A stretch of DNA of 63,196 bases, filler included, from Reclinomonas americana ATCC 50394 (lineage: Eukaryota): the NCBI GenBank assembly GCA_048213135.1. It is 5 parts of one record of this genome, joined end to end, with 100 filler letters (N's around TTAATTAATTAA, not from the genome) between each part and the next. Parts side by side here need not be neighbours in the genome. Positions count along the whole stretch, not along the records: positions 48,672 to 63,196 come from PS015101.1; 4 more parts are not named here. The stretch is one strand, 5' to 3'. Numbering within the stretch: position 1 is the stretch's first letter; each line of letters opens with the position of its first letter. Below the pieces are notes generated by a model. The model searched no databases. It was not told where the DNA came from and worked only from the letters and a program-made list of their open reading frames with translations. The translations under genes and the position numbers were made by a program. Of the stretch, positions 51,307 through 63,196 are shown one piece after another.

Positions 51307-51968
51307 AGAGTGCCTTTGTGCTTGATTGCGAGTGGCAGGAGGCTCTAATGATGTGAGAAGCTAGCACTTATTTGCTTCTCTCTCGTCTCTGAGTCTTCAA
51401 CCTAGGAAAGAGTTCGGTCAGTCGGGGAAAGGGAGGGCTTGCAGGTCTTGGTTTGTCGACAACGTGGATCAGTGGTTGTTACAACGCAGCTTTGTCGCGT
51501 GGTAAGCGTCAGTAGCTGCAGGGGTGTTCTAACGGTACTCATCACCATCATGCTCGTGGTGGGCGTGTCGTGTGGTAAGATCCGAAACGTCGGCAAGAGA
51601 AACCTCGAAACAGAGCGTTTCTATTGGAGAGGTGGGAGTTGTAAGCCGTGCATCCGGATCCTTGCTGCTGGATCCACGGAGGGGTCGACCTGCAACGTCG
51701 CCGACAATGCATTGAGCTGGGAGTCATAGTGCAAGCTTTGGACGTGCTGTATCAACTCGCTGGCCACCACCATGTTTGCTTATCGGAACGTCGCCAATTG
51801 GAACAGAAAGCGTCGAAATCTGTGTCTTCGCATGCCAAAGGGACTTTGTGATTGAATCAGCACAGAGCAGGAAGTCGGTACCGTGCATCCTTGTTGTGAA
51901 TCATTAATCGGAACGTCGCCAACAGAAACGTCGACATCTCACTCTTCCAGCGCGTTTTTTTTTCGCAG

Positions 51969-54900
51969 TTGAAAAAGCGGAGAGCTGGAAGTCGGCTCCA
52001 TGCATTCTTGCGGCATGTTGCGTCCATCCATGGCGGAGATGTGTCCTCCATGTCCCCGAAACCGCGACTGCTGCAAGGATCGCCAAGCATGACCGACCCC
52101 ATTCCCACTCTGAGCACAGTCATTGGCTGGATCTACTTCTTTGCTGTTGCGTCTCTTCTTTGCACGTAAGAATGAGTGTGTGTGTGTGAGAAGAGAGAGA
52201 GTGTTCCAGCATGTCCACTCACGCTCTCATTCACGCTCTCAGTGGAGCATCAGCTTCTACTTTCAAGTGTGGGTCAACTGGAGACGAAAGAGTGTCATTG
52301 GGCTTTCCTTTGACTTTTTGGCTTATAACATCACGGGTGTGTTTGTGTGTGTGAGAGAGAGAATGAGAGTGTGTCAGGACTCCACTTGTGCTCACTGTTG
52401 TGTGTGTGTGTGTGTGCATCTGTGTGTGTGCATCTGTGTGTGTGCATCCGTCTCTCACTCTCGATCTCGTCTCTCTCTCTGTGTGTGTGTGTGTGTGCAT
52501 CCGTCTCTCACTCTCGCTCTCTCTCTCTCTGTGTGTGCAGGCTACATTTGCTACAGTTGCGGGCGCTCGTGTGTGCTTCTTGAGTGCATGAGTGTGTTTC
52601 CTCTTATCTTCTCTTCTTTTCGTATGTCAGCGACCTTCAACTGTGCGTTGTACTGGAATGCTACTGTGCGAGCGGATTATGAGCGTGATACGGTCAGTGC
52701 AGGGAGGAGAGGGAAGGGGTGTGAGAATTCAAGTTCGGAGAAACATGCAGTGAGGGATGTTCTTTGGCTTGGTCTGCACTTGCTCTTTCTCTCGTCTTCC
52801 TTTCTGTCTTTCTCCTTTCTCCTTGCCTTGTTGATCCTTTGGGCTTTGAAGGCTTGTTTGGCAGCGTCGTAGATTCCCTCTGCGCTTGCCCTGTCGTCTT
52901 GTTCTGCTCTCTCAGCCTGTGGAAGTCGGCATGCCAAACAATGGACAATGCTTTGCTGTGCTCACCACTTGCATCCTTTCTTTCTTCAAAGTCTTGCTGT
53001 GCATGGTCGGCATTATCCGCTGCGCTTGCCTCGTTGTATTCTCTGTACTCTCTCTGCTGTGACTGTGCCTTGCCTCTCTCTTCTTCCTTGCAGCCTTTCT
53101 CCTTTGCACTATTGATCCCTCGGCATTATAGGGCTTGTTTGGCAGCTGAAGAGAGTGCAGTGCGATCTCTCTTTTCTTTTTTCCTTTATCTTCGTGGCTT
53201 GTTCGACGCGTCACACAGTAAGAAGAACAGTGCGTGTTGCCTCTCTCACTTGATTCTCATCGTCCTAATCACTCGCTTCTTGTCCACCGCTTCACCGACT
53301 GCCCCAACATTCTCTCGTGCCTTCACCCCTTCTCACCTCCCCACCACCCAGGGCTCCAAAAACATTGGCGTGCAACCAAACGACATTGCCTTTGCCATCC
53401 ACGCCCTGGTCATCACCATCTTCACCATCTACCAGTGCTTCATCTACGAGGTCAGTTGGTTTGAAAATAGTGTTCATTTAGCCTATTGCTGACTCTCACT
53501 ACATGTGTGCGTGGTCTGTGTGTCTGTCGATCTGCATATCCGTGTGTGTGACTGTCTCTCTCTCTCTCTCCTCCTCTCCTCTCTCCTCTCTCTTCTCTTT
53601 CTTCTCTCTCTCCTCCTCTCTCTCTCTCTCCTCTCTCTCTCTTCCCTTTCTCTTCCCCCACTCTCTCCCTTTCTCTCTCCCTCTCTCTCCCTCTCTCTCC
53701 CTCTCTCTCCCTCTCTCTCCCTCTCCCTCTCTCCCCCCGCTCCCCTCCCTTCCTCCCCACAGCGCGCCAATCAAAAAGTGTCGCTGATTGCACGCATCAT
53801 TCTCGGCTGCATGTGGCTCTTCATGATCATTGTCACCATCCTGCCGGCTACCGGTGTCATTGACTGGTACCAGGGCTTGACGTTCCTCGCGTTGCGTCTC
53901 CATACACCTGTGCTGCTCTCTTCCCCTCCTGCTTGGCTAACAGCAGTGCGACACAGATACACCAAGATGTTTGCCAGCTTTGTAAAGGTGTGCATGAGCG
54001 CCTGATTGTGCGGGGCGGTGAGTGTGTGTGCTGAGTGCTGGTGTGCCGCAGTACTGTCCGCAAGCATGGATCAATTTCAAGAGAAAATCGACTGTCGGCT
54101 GGAGCATTGGTGAGCGGGACGCGCGCTCTCTGTGTAAACATGGTGATCGTAGCTCACCACTTCACAGGCAACATTCTGCTGGACTTCACCGGTGGCACGC
54201 TGTCCATTCTGCAGCAGATTCTCGATTCGATCGACAAGGGTACGCATCGGTGCGGGCGTTGTTCACTGGCGCTGCGCTCATTCTCTTGCAGACGATTGGA
54301 GCCCACTGACTGGCGATCTGCCCAAGACTGGTCTCGGCTTCGAGTCGATTTTCTTTGACATTCTGTTCATGATTCAAGTTGAGTCGCTGACTTTGTCACT
54401 CTGTTTGCTCTCATCTCTGTCTCTCCTTGTCTATCGCTTTGTTTGCCCCTTTGTGTCACCTCTTTGTCTCCCTGTTCCTGCATTCTTTCCTTCTTTCTTA
54501 CTCGCTTCCCTTCTCGTCTCTCATCTCTTCGTCCGTTCCTCCCTGGCCTATCTCCCTTCAGCGCATACTCCCTCTTTCGGAGCCCTCGCCATTCCCCTCT
54601 CCCTTCTTTGCTCCGCTTCACCTCTCCCCTCCCCTTCGTGCTTCTGGTCTCCCCCCTTCCCTCTTGTTTCTTCGCTTTCCCTGGCCTTTCCTGCCTCGTG
54701 CCGTTGTCTCTCCCCTCACATTCAGTTCCCGTCACCCCTCCTTCTCTTCATGTTTCCCTTCTTCGATGGTCTATCTTCTCCCTTTTGTCTCTGCTTCTCC
54801 CTTTCTCACTCCTTTGCCTATTCGCAGCACTACTGCCTGTACCGCAACCGACACGACCCGGCGCTGGAGAAGCTCAAGGAGGCCGCCGACGACTCAAAGG

Positions 54901-55010
54901 ACCTGGAGGAACGCAAGGCCATACTGCCCGCTGGTGCCGACGAGGAGCCGCCGTCCGCCACTCACTCTGGCAAGTACTCGGCGGAGGGCTCGGTGAACGG
55001 GCAGGTGTGA
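51969..55010 (+). CDS. CTNS: Cystinosin (PQ-loop lysosomal cystine transporter); 5' end uncertain
   Basis: [104 protein letters not shown], and a dileucine-like EERKAIL in the tail. Confidence 0.93.
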
Positions 55011-55053
55011 GGATGTGTGTTGTTGTTGTTGTGTTTTCTCGTTCATCTGTCTT

Positions 55054-57041
55054 TTATAATGCGATAAATCCGTCGTCGTCTTCTTCGTCCTTCTTGGCCT
55101 CGTCGAAATCGTCCGGATCCGTGTTGGAGAATGCCCGCTTCTTGGCCAGTCGGGCGGCGGCATCAGAAGGCGACGACGATGAACCGGCAGCGGCCTGCTT
55201 GAGCGCAGGATGTCAGTTCGTGCATTGTCACAGCAGTGGAAATCAACAAGCATGCACGCACCCTGACGTAGCCCTTGACCTTCCACTGGTCCTTGCTCGA
55301 CTCCATGACTTCGCTCGACACCACACACCGATACGCTTTGCGCGACTCGCCGCGCACCACCGCCCTCCGGCAGTTGTCCGTCACGAAATGCTTCGCCGAC
55401 GAGAAGTCGGCACCCGCCAGTGCGCCGCTGTGTGCGGGCACAGTGAGAGGACGACGATGGGAAGAGGGCGGATGAGGGAGGACGCAACAGATTGGTCACG
55501 TCGTATGGACCGCGCACAAGCAAGGGTTCCGAGGAGCCGCAGGAGAAGATGAGCGCCTTGTACTTGAGCAAGCGCAGGAGCGTCATGACGTTGCTGACAA
55601 AGTAGCGTCGTGCGCCGGCGTCTGCGGGAGGGTGCGGGTGTGAGGAGGTCGGTGAGAGGGAAAGGGAGGTAAAGAGGGGGGGAAGAGGGAGAGAGAGCGA
55701 CGAGAAGAGCAAGGAGCATGACAGGAGAGTGAAGAACGCAGAAGTTGAGGGAACCCTTTGCGTTTGAAAGGTGACTCGGAAGTTAAACCAAGTCGTCACG
55801 CCGAGGAATGAGGAAGAAAGAAAGACAGAGAAAAGGATGCGACTGAAGTGCGCAGTACAGGCAACAAGGAACAGAGGGGAGAAAAGGCGCTTCAACCGTG
55901 TGCAGGAAACGACAACCGAGTCACCGAGTTGAGACAAAGAAAGAGTGTAAGAGAGGGGAATAAATGCACTGAGGTGCGCATTGCATGAGACGGAGGAGAC
56001 GCCGCGCTTGAATTGTGAGCAGGAGATGCCAACCGTGTCGTCAAGCTGGAGACAGGAAAAGACGGACTGCAGGCGTGCACGGAGGAGAGGAACAGAATGC
56101 AGAAGATGACAACCACTTTGTCGCGCTGACAGAGAGGGAGAGAGAGGGAGAGCGAGAGAGAGAAAAGAGAGCAAGAGAGAGAGAACACGTGCCATGGAGG
56201 AGATAGCGTGCTCGAACGGTGTGTGTGTGTGTGAGAGAGAGAAGAGAGTGTTCGCGAACGCGTGCGGCAACGTCCAAGATTAGAAACGACTCGGTTGGCC
56301 TGCACCCTGTCCTTCTCCCCCCGTTCTCCCACTCACCCTTGATGGCCGTCCCATAATTGGCCTCCAGCACGACCTCACGCGCACGTGCCTGGCTGAGAAT
56401 CTTGAACTTGAGAGGGTACGCCGGTCGCTGACACACATCCAACACGATAATGTCGGCATCCACCGATGCACAGCACGTGCGCAGTGTGGCCTCCGACTCG
56501 GGCTGCACCGCGACCAGATCAAACTTTTGCANNNNNNNNNNNNNNNNNNNNNNNNNNNNNNNNNNNNNNNNNNNNNNNNNNNNNNNNNNNNNNNNNNNNN
56601 NNNNNNNNNNNNNNNNNNNNNNNNNNNNNNNNNNNNNNNNNNNNNNNNNNNNNNNNNNNNNNNNNNNNNNNNNNNNNNNNNNNNNNNNNNNNNNNNNNNN
56701 NNNNNNNNNNNNNNNNNNNNNNNNNNNNNNNNNNNNNNNNNNNNNNNNNNNNNNNNNNNNNNNNNNNNNNNNNNNNNNNNNNNNNNNNNNNNNNNNNNNN
56801 NNNNNNNNNNNNNNNNNNNNNNNNNNNNNNNNNNNNNNNNNNNNNNNNNNNNNNNNNNNNNNNNNNNNNNNNNNNNNNNNNNNNNNNNNNNNNNNNNNNN
56901 NNNNNNNNNNNNNNNNNNNNNNNNNNNNNNNNNNNNNNNNNNNNNNNNNNNNNNNNNNNNNNNNNNNNNNNNNNNNNNNNNNNNNNNNNNNNNGCGGCAC
57001 CGCACAAGCCACCTGCGACAACAGCAACAATCAGCAGCGAG

Positions 57042-57073
<32 letters not shown>

Positions 57074-58267
57074 CAACAAAGCGGCGAAAGCGCACCATGG
57101 CCTGCAACTGCTGCGGCTCGTTGATGGCAATGGTGACGCGCTTCAGCACGCGGAAGTTCTTGCGTGCCGAGCTCAGGTCGAGTGGGCGATTGAGCAGGCG
57201 TTCCTCGCGCGTGCTCAGTGCGCTNNNNNNNNNNNNNNNNNNNNGCGAATGAGTTCGTCGAGGCGGTCCGAGAGGGTGTTCTGCGCGGGAGGGGAAGGGA
57301 GGGTATAAAGGGAAAGAGACGCACGAAGGGGAAGGGAGTGTGAGAGAGAGAGAAGATGGTGGGGATGGAGGAGAGGAGGAATGGTGGGAACGGAGGGAAG
57401 AGAGGAGAAGGGAGGTCGAGCGAGGGAGTAAGGGAAAGGAAAGAGAAGGAGCAAGTGGTGAGAATGGAGAGGAGAGAGGAGAAGGATGCAGTAATGGAGA
57501 GAGAAGAGGGAAGGGAAGAGAGAAGGAACGAGCGGTGGGAAAGGTGAGAAGGGAGTAGACAGAAGAGAAGGGCACAATAATCGAGAGAGGGAAGGAACGA
57601 CTCATGGGAAGGTGGGAATGGAGAGGAAGGGTGCAGTGAGTGAGAGGCGGAAGGAAAAGGGAAAGCGAAGGAGCAAGCAGTGGAAAAGGTGCGAATGGAC
57701 AGGAGAGTGGAGAAGGGAAGGCGAGCGAAGGAGTGAGAGAAAGGAAAGAGAAGGAGCAAGTGGTGAGAATGGAGAGGAGAGAGGAGAGGGAATGGGAGGG
57801 AGAAGGAGGGCATGGAACGAGTGGTGGGGAAGGTGGGCGCGGAGAAGATAGAGGAGAAGGGTACAGTAATGGAGACAGAAGGAGGGAAGGGAAGAGAAAA
57901 GGAACAAGGGGAGAAGGGAGGGAAGTGGAGAAGAGCAAAGGAAGGAAAGAAAGGGCAATGCAGAGACTTACGGACAGAATGCATGCAATGAGAGAATGCA
58001 AGGACACTCACCAGTGCATCACTGGCCACTCGATCGCGCACAGTGACACTGAGCGCAATGCATTCAAAGCCATCTGAACATGAGAAAGGAAGTCAATCAC
58101 AAATGCACTCTCTCTCTCTCTCACACACACACAGACACAATCAACCAACAATGCAACGTCTCTCTCTCTCCACCTCTCACTCTCCACACGCAACATTCAA
58201 TGTACACATCAATCAGCTCGCCCACACTCTCCACACCAAGACCATCGACAACCACGTTCAAATCCAT
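55054..58267 (-). CDS. RPP30: RNase P/MRP subunit p30
   Basis: MDLNV...YGFECIAL, VLKRVTI, FDLVAVQPESE, DADII, EANYGTAIK, ARRYFVSN, LIFSCGSSEPLLVRGPYDVTNL. Confidence 0.9.
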
Positions 58268-58599
58268 ACCAAAACACAATGAAAAGCGATGTAAAAGGGC
58301 ACAAGTCCGCAATCTGTTGATTTGATTGCATTCTCTTTGTCTTTCTCTTGTGTTTGTGTGACTGTGTGAGAGATAACATATGGGTGATCACACTGATGAT
58401 ACGATGACTGATGTGGAGCTTCCGTACTTGCGGTTCAATGATGCACCGCGAGATGTGATGGTCGGTCAACATCGGCATTTTGTCACGCGTCAAGTTGCGC
58501 ATGAGAGAGATGAGTGAGTGAGTGAGAGAGAGTGTGTGTAGGAGGAGAGTGTGTGTGAGTGATGAGTGTGAGGTGAGTGCGAGAATGGCGCGAGAAGTC

Positions 58600-59582
58600 T
58601 GATTTCCGAACCACATGCATGCATGTGCAATCAATGATTGACTTCCGTGTTGATCTTCTTCTTCTGCTGTGAGTGGACGCATAGTGAGAGACAGTGCATG
58701 TAGTGCGGCTGAGGCGTGCGGGGATGTCACAAGAGGTTTGATTTCCAGGTTGGAATCATGCATGCATGCATGCAAGCAAAGATTGACTTCGTATTCATTT
58801 TCTCCTGGTGTGAGTGGACGACGCTGATGCATTGTGAGAGAGAATGCATGTGATGTGTTGGGGGCATGCGGATGTCACTTGTGATTTCCAGGTTGGAATC
58901 CTGCGTGCATGCAATCTGTGATTGACTTCGTGTCGATCTTCTTCTTCTGCTGGGAGTGGACGCACAGTGAGAGACAGTGCATGTGGTGCGGCTGAGGCGT
59001 GTGGGGATGTCACAAGAGGTTTGATTTCCAGGTTGGAATCCTGCATGCATGCAATCGGTCATTTGACTTTGTATTCATTTTCTCCTGCTGTGAGTGGACG
59101 ACGGTGATGTATTGTGAGAGAGAATGCATGTGATGTGTTGGGGGGCATGCAGGGATGTCATTTGTGATTTCCAGGTTGGAATCATACATGCATGCAATCG
59201 GTCATTGACTTCGTGTTGATCTTCTTCTGCTGTGAGTGGACGACGCTGATGTATATATAGTGAGAGAGAATGCGTGAATGTGATTAACGGATTGGAGTCA
59301 TGCATGCGATCTGTCGTCGATCTTATGTTGAGAGAGAAAGCATGCCGGAGGTCTTGCAGGTTGGAATCATGCACGTGTTCAGCTTGCCTTGATCGCGTGA
59401 GAAGTCTCGCTTGCAAGCTAGAATCGTGCATGCATTCAGCCTGTTCTTCTTGGTGCACAGTGAGAGAGTTGCTTGCAAGTTAGAATCATGCATGTATCCA
59501 GCCTGTTCTTCTTGGTACACAGTGAGAGAGAATGCATTCCTTTATCGTGTGAGAAGCCTCGTTTCCATAGCGAGACCATGCA
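58600..59582. repeat. Degenerate satellite: ~140-bp monomers in ABAB order, then decayed copies
   Basis: GATTTCCAGGTTGGAATC at ~58740, 58884, 59023 and 59166; GCATGC-rich. Confidence 0.85.
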
Positions 59583-60228
59583 TTCTACAATCTTCTTGAA
59601 GCACAGTGAGAACACATGACTGCGACTTCTCCTCCTCCTCCTCCTCCTCCTTCTCCTTCCCCTCCTCTTTCTCCTTCTTCGACCTTCGATTATTGACTAT
59701 CGTCTCCAGTCGTCGGCATTGCCCTCCTCTGCCGGTATGAACGGACGGCCAGTGAGTGGGATGAGCACGACGCGCATTGGACTGAACATTGACACGACGA
59801 GGAGGGGATCGATGGCGGGCATGTCGTTGCCGATGCGACCGCTCAAGTCGTCGCACTATGCTGGTGAGTGCTGCTTGCTCTAGTGCGTTGGTTGCACGCT
59901 CTTTCTCGTGCTGTGTGCTGCTTTTTCACACCATCATCAATGCCTTCGATCAATGCGGTCACGCTGTCGCCTGGTGGGCGCTGTGTGTTTCTTTCTGCTG
60001 CTCTGTCATGTGCACGTTCATTCGCACGGTCTTGTGCTGAACCTTCTCTGCAATCCTTCTTAACTCTCCCTTACTCCTTCACCTAACGCTGGAGCTCTCG
60101 AGAGCTGCGCCTTCTTCGATGTCTTTCATGTGAACTGTCGTGTGCACGCTCATTCTCACGGTCGTGTGTCGGCCTTATCTATTTCCAAAACTCTGTCTCG
60201 CTCTGTCGAGCGTTCACCTGATGCAATC

Positions 60229-61552
60229 ATGTGCTCTGCTGTCCCGTATTCTGCGTCCTTCCTGGACTGAATCTGCCTGGCTCTGAGATCCACCGCTGGA
60301 GCTCTCGTGTGCTGCACCTTTTCTCCACAGCTGATATCCTCTCCCTCCCATCGCCGCAGGATGCTGCTCTTCCTGGAACCAATGTGGCTTGTTCTGGAAG
60401 ACGTGGTGCGTGCTTTCTTCTCCTGCTGCCCTCCCTCGCCGTCGTGCTTCTGACCTTCGTTCACGTTGACAGCTCGCTCTCTCGGCGTCGCCTGCCGTAC
60501 ACGATCGACGGACACTCGAACGGCGTGTTGCAGCTGACGGTGGGCGAACCGTCTTCTGTTCTCGGTGCGTGTCGTGAAAGAACACGCTGCATGGTCGGCG
60601 TTACGTGCTCCTCATCCACCGGCGCACAGCATGCGGTTGCACGGCATTGGAGCACTTGTACTGCTGGATGCCTGTTGGCCTCATTGCCATTCTCTTTGAC
60701 CGCTCTAGAAACTCAGAAGTTGTGTGTGCATGTTCTGCGTGTCGCATCGCTGTCTCTCTCGCACTTACCATGCCCGCCACAGTATTCAACGAATACCCAC
60801 CTCCAACACACCGCGGATGCAACCGGTGGCCTGTCGTACATTACTTTTGACTCCAGTTCGCGGTATGTGGGCTCGATCAATTACAACACGTACGTCATGC
60901 CACTCACCATGTGTCTGCGCCTCCGCCAGCGACATGGACATCAGGTGCGTCGCAGACTCTCTCTCTCCCTCACTCTCCTACCAACTCACTCACATCGCCG
61001 CAGCTCGTACACGTGTTCGTATGGCTGCTGCGGATTGTGCTGCTGTCAGCAGAGCATGAAGATCTCTGGCGTCATGTCCATTGATGTAGAATCGGCCCCA
61101 AGTGCGTAATGTCCTCGCAGGTGGAGAGTTATTTCGTGGAGTCACTAACTCTCTCGCAGGGCACAAAGATCCCAGGCAGATGCGATACCGCGTGGTGGTG
61201 TACGACCGGTCAGCACCGATTCCCCTTCGCACTCTTCCCCCCCTGGTGTCGCACTGAAATTCGTGTGTTTTATCACAGCGCCGAGCGTCCATACGCCATC
61301 ACAAAACAAGTGGACTCGCGGAACGACGCAGAGGCTGTGCGCGCCATCGTCGAGTCGCACGCCCTCAGTGGCGGTCGTGCGCTCCAACGCAGTGCCTCAA
61401 GTTGCGCTCTGTTACCCGCGTGCACGTCTGTAGCGACGCTCACTCTTCCCTTCACTCACGCGCGCGTAGATCGATCGAGCTTGCAGTCGGCCGACCTCGA
61501 GTCACACGTGTCTGTGCTGGGTCCACCAATCGCCCGCTCCCCGTTCCAGTGA
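60229..61552 (+). CDS. Hypothetical multi-exon, possibly membrane, protein; start uncertain
   Basis: Coding-like exons with a hydrophobic segment (ACFLLLLPSLAVVLLTFV) and AG/GT boundaries, ending ...ARSPFQ*. Confidence 0.5.
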
Positions 61553-61787
61553 CCTGCTCTCCTTCTTCTCCCTCGCTCACCCACTAGATTAGCACACCTA
61601 AGTATCACTGTTTTGAATTGAGCTGTTAAAAATGACTTGCATTGCGTATCCTCCTCGCTCAGTTCCCTTTCCAATTGTCCCGTTTTTTTTATCGGTGCTT
61701 GCTGCTGCCGAAACCAGTGAAGCCAACCAGTGCCGCCAGCTCCGGATCGAGGTCCTCCGTTTCTGCGAGGCAAGAGAGAGGTGAGAG

Positions 61788-63152
61788 TCACGGCGACGAG
61801 GAAGTTGCTGGCCTCTCGGTTGGCGACGCACCTGCAGTGACTGGCTTGGGCGCATCCGGGTTCTTTTTCCTGCGTTTGCGCTCCCTCTCCTTGTCCTCCT
61901 CCTCCTGCCGCTTCAGTCGCTCCTCAATGTCCTCGTCACGCAGCGCCACCTTGTTCTTTCTCTCCTTGGCCTCACGCAGCTTTTGGCGCACGTCGACCAC
62001 GGTGGCGCGTTGAGTGCGCATGCTGAAGCCCATGTTGCGTTGATCTATAATGGGGGAAGGGGGAGAAGGGGTGAGGGAAAGGGGTGAAGCGGGAAGGGAG
62101 GGGAGGAGGGGAAGGGAGAGAGAGAGCGAGGAGGGAGGAGCACGTGGCATGCAAGAGAGGAAGGAAGGCTGCACATTCACAACGATTCTGCCACGCGTAG
62201 AAGAGAGAGCACGACAGAGAGGGAGAGAGAGCACGACAGAGAGACAGAGAGAAAAGAACTCATTCACAACGATTCCAACAGCGACAGCGTCAGCAAGTAG
62301 ACTCGATGTACGGATAGCAGAGGGCGCATGTCGCACACACATCCAGAGAGGCAGGGAGAGGGAGAGAGAGAGACGGAGGATGAGGACAAGGGAACGGGGT
62401 GCACGACAGAAGAGAGAATGAGCACAGATCCACAACAGTCCCACTCATTCTGTCGACCATCAAGGACATGATGCTCTCGGAAGTGGGGCACTCAGCCTCA
62501 GGTCACATTCTCTCCTTCCGTAGTCTCTCTCTTTATCTCTCTGAGTGCGTGTGTGTGCGAGCGCGCGCGCTCTCTCTCTCTCTCTCTCTCTCTTCCTATC
62601 TCTATGATGAGCGCGCTTCTCTTTCCTTGCGCAAAGAAGAGAAATGCATGAGAGCGGATAAGTGGGAATGAGAAGGAAACAATGACTCTCGACAACAACT
62701 GTGACTGCGACTTCGCAAGGAGAGGAAAGAGAGGCGCACCAGCAGGAGGAACAGAAGACGCTCTCTCTCGCTCTCTTCGCAGCACACACAAGCGTGCATA
62801 CGAGGCAGCGAAAGAGAAGGAGTGAGTTGGAAACAAGTATCTCTCAGAAGTCTGGTCTTTCCTTCCAACCTCGGACTAACCGAGTCTTGCCCTTTCTTCC
62901 NNNNNNNNNNNNNNNNNNNNNNNNNNNNNNNNNNNNNNNNNNNNNNNNNNNNNNNNNNNNNNNNNNNNNNNNNNNNNNNNACCCTTTCCCCACTACCCAC
63001 TCAACGTTTCTTCCCGTTGATATGATCCAAATAGTTCGTGCTGTCCTTGATCAGACACTGGCACACATCACAGAAGAAGCCACCCTGACCGGCGAGTCCC
63101 GTGGCGCTGTTGATGACCAGCGATTTGCCGACTTGACTCTCGAAATTGACCT
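61788..63152 (-). CDS. ZMAT2: ZMAT2/Snu23 spliceosomal matrin-type zinc-finger protein, 3' part
   Basis: [40 protein letters not shown]...[12 protein letters not shown]; exons at 63006-63152 and 61788-62045. Confidence 0.92.
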
Positions 63153-63196
63153 CTGAGTCGCGCGCCTAAATCACAGAGGGCGTAAGGAGAGGTGCG

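Overview
This is a gapped draft scaffold from an intron-rich, gene-dense eukaryote, probably a flagellated protist; the organism cannot be identified from the sequence. Left to right it holds: a CACTA/En-Spm (CMC)-like transposase with a divergent accessory gene; two divergent hypothetical genes; a probable ciliary microtubule-inner protein; two paralogous secreted class-3 lipases flanking an ABCB-type half transporter and two short Pro-rich ORFs; a kinase-only VIP1/PPIP5K; a rhodanese plus dual-specificity phosphatase; a secreted beta-rich protein; a tandem pair of modular ankyrin genes; cystinosin; RPP30; a satellite; a hypothetical gene; and the 3' part of ZMAT2/Snu23. The most striking signal is in splicing. 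At least 23 manually reconstructed introns start with a +1-shifted donor, GTTGCG (21) or GTTGAG (2), always after a non-G exon base. Both lipases also need a conserved 2-nt microexon. Four small contigs appear inverted, and TTAATTAATTAA linkers and pyrosequencing-like noise are assembly artefacts. All gene models were built by eye and no database searches were run.
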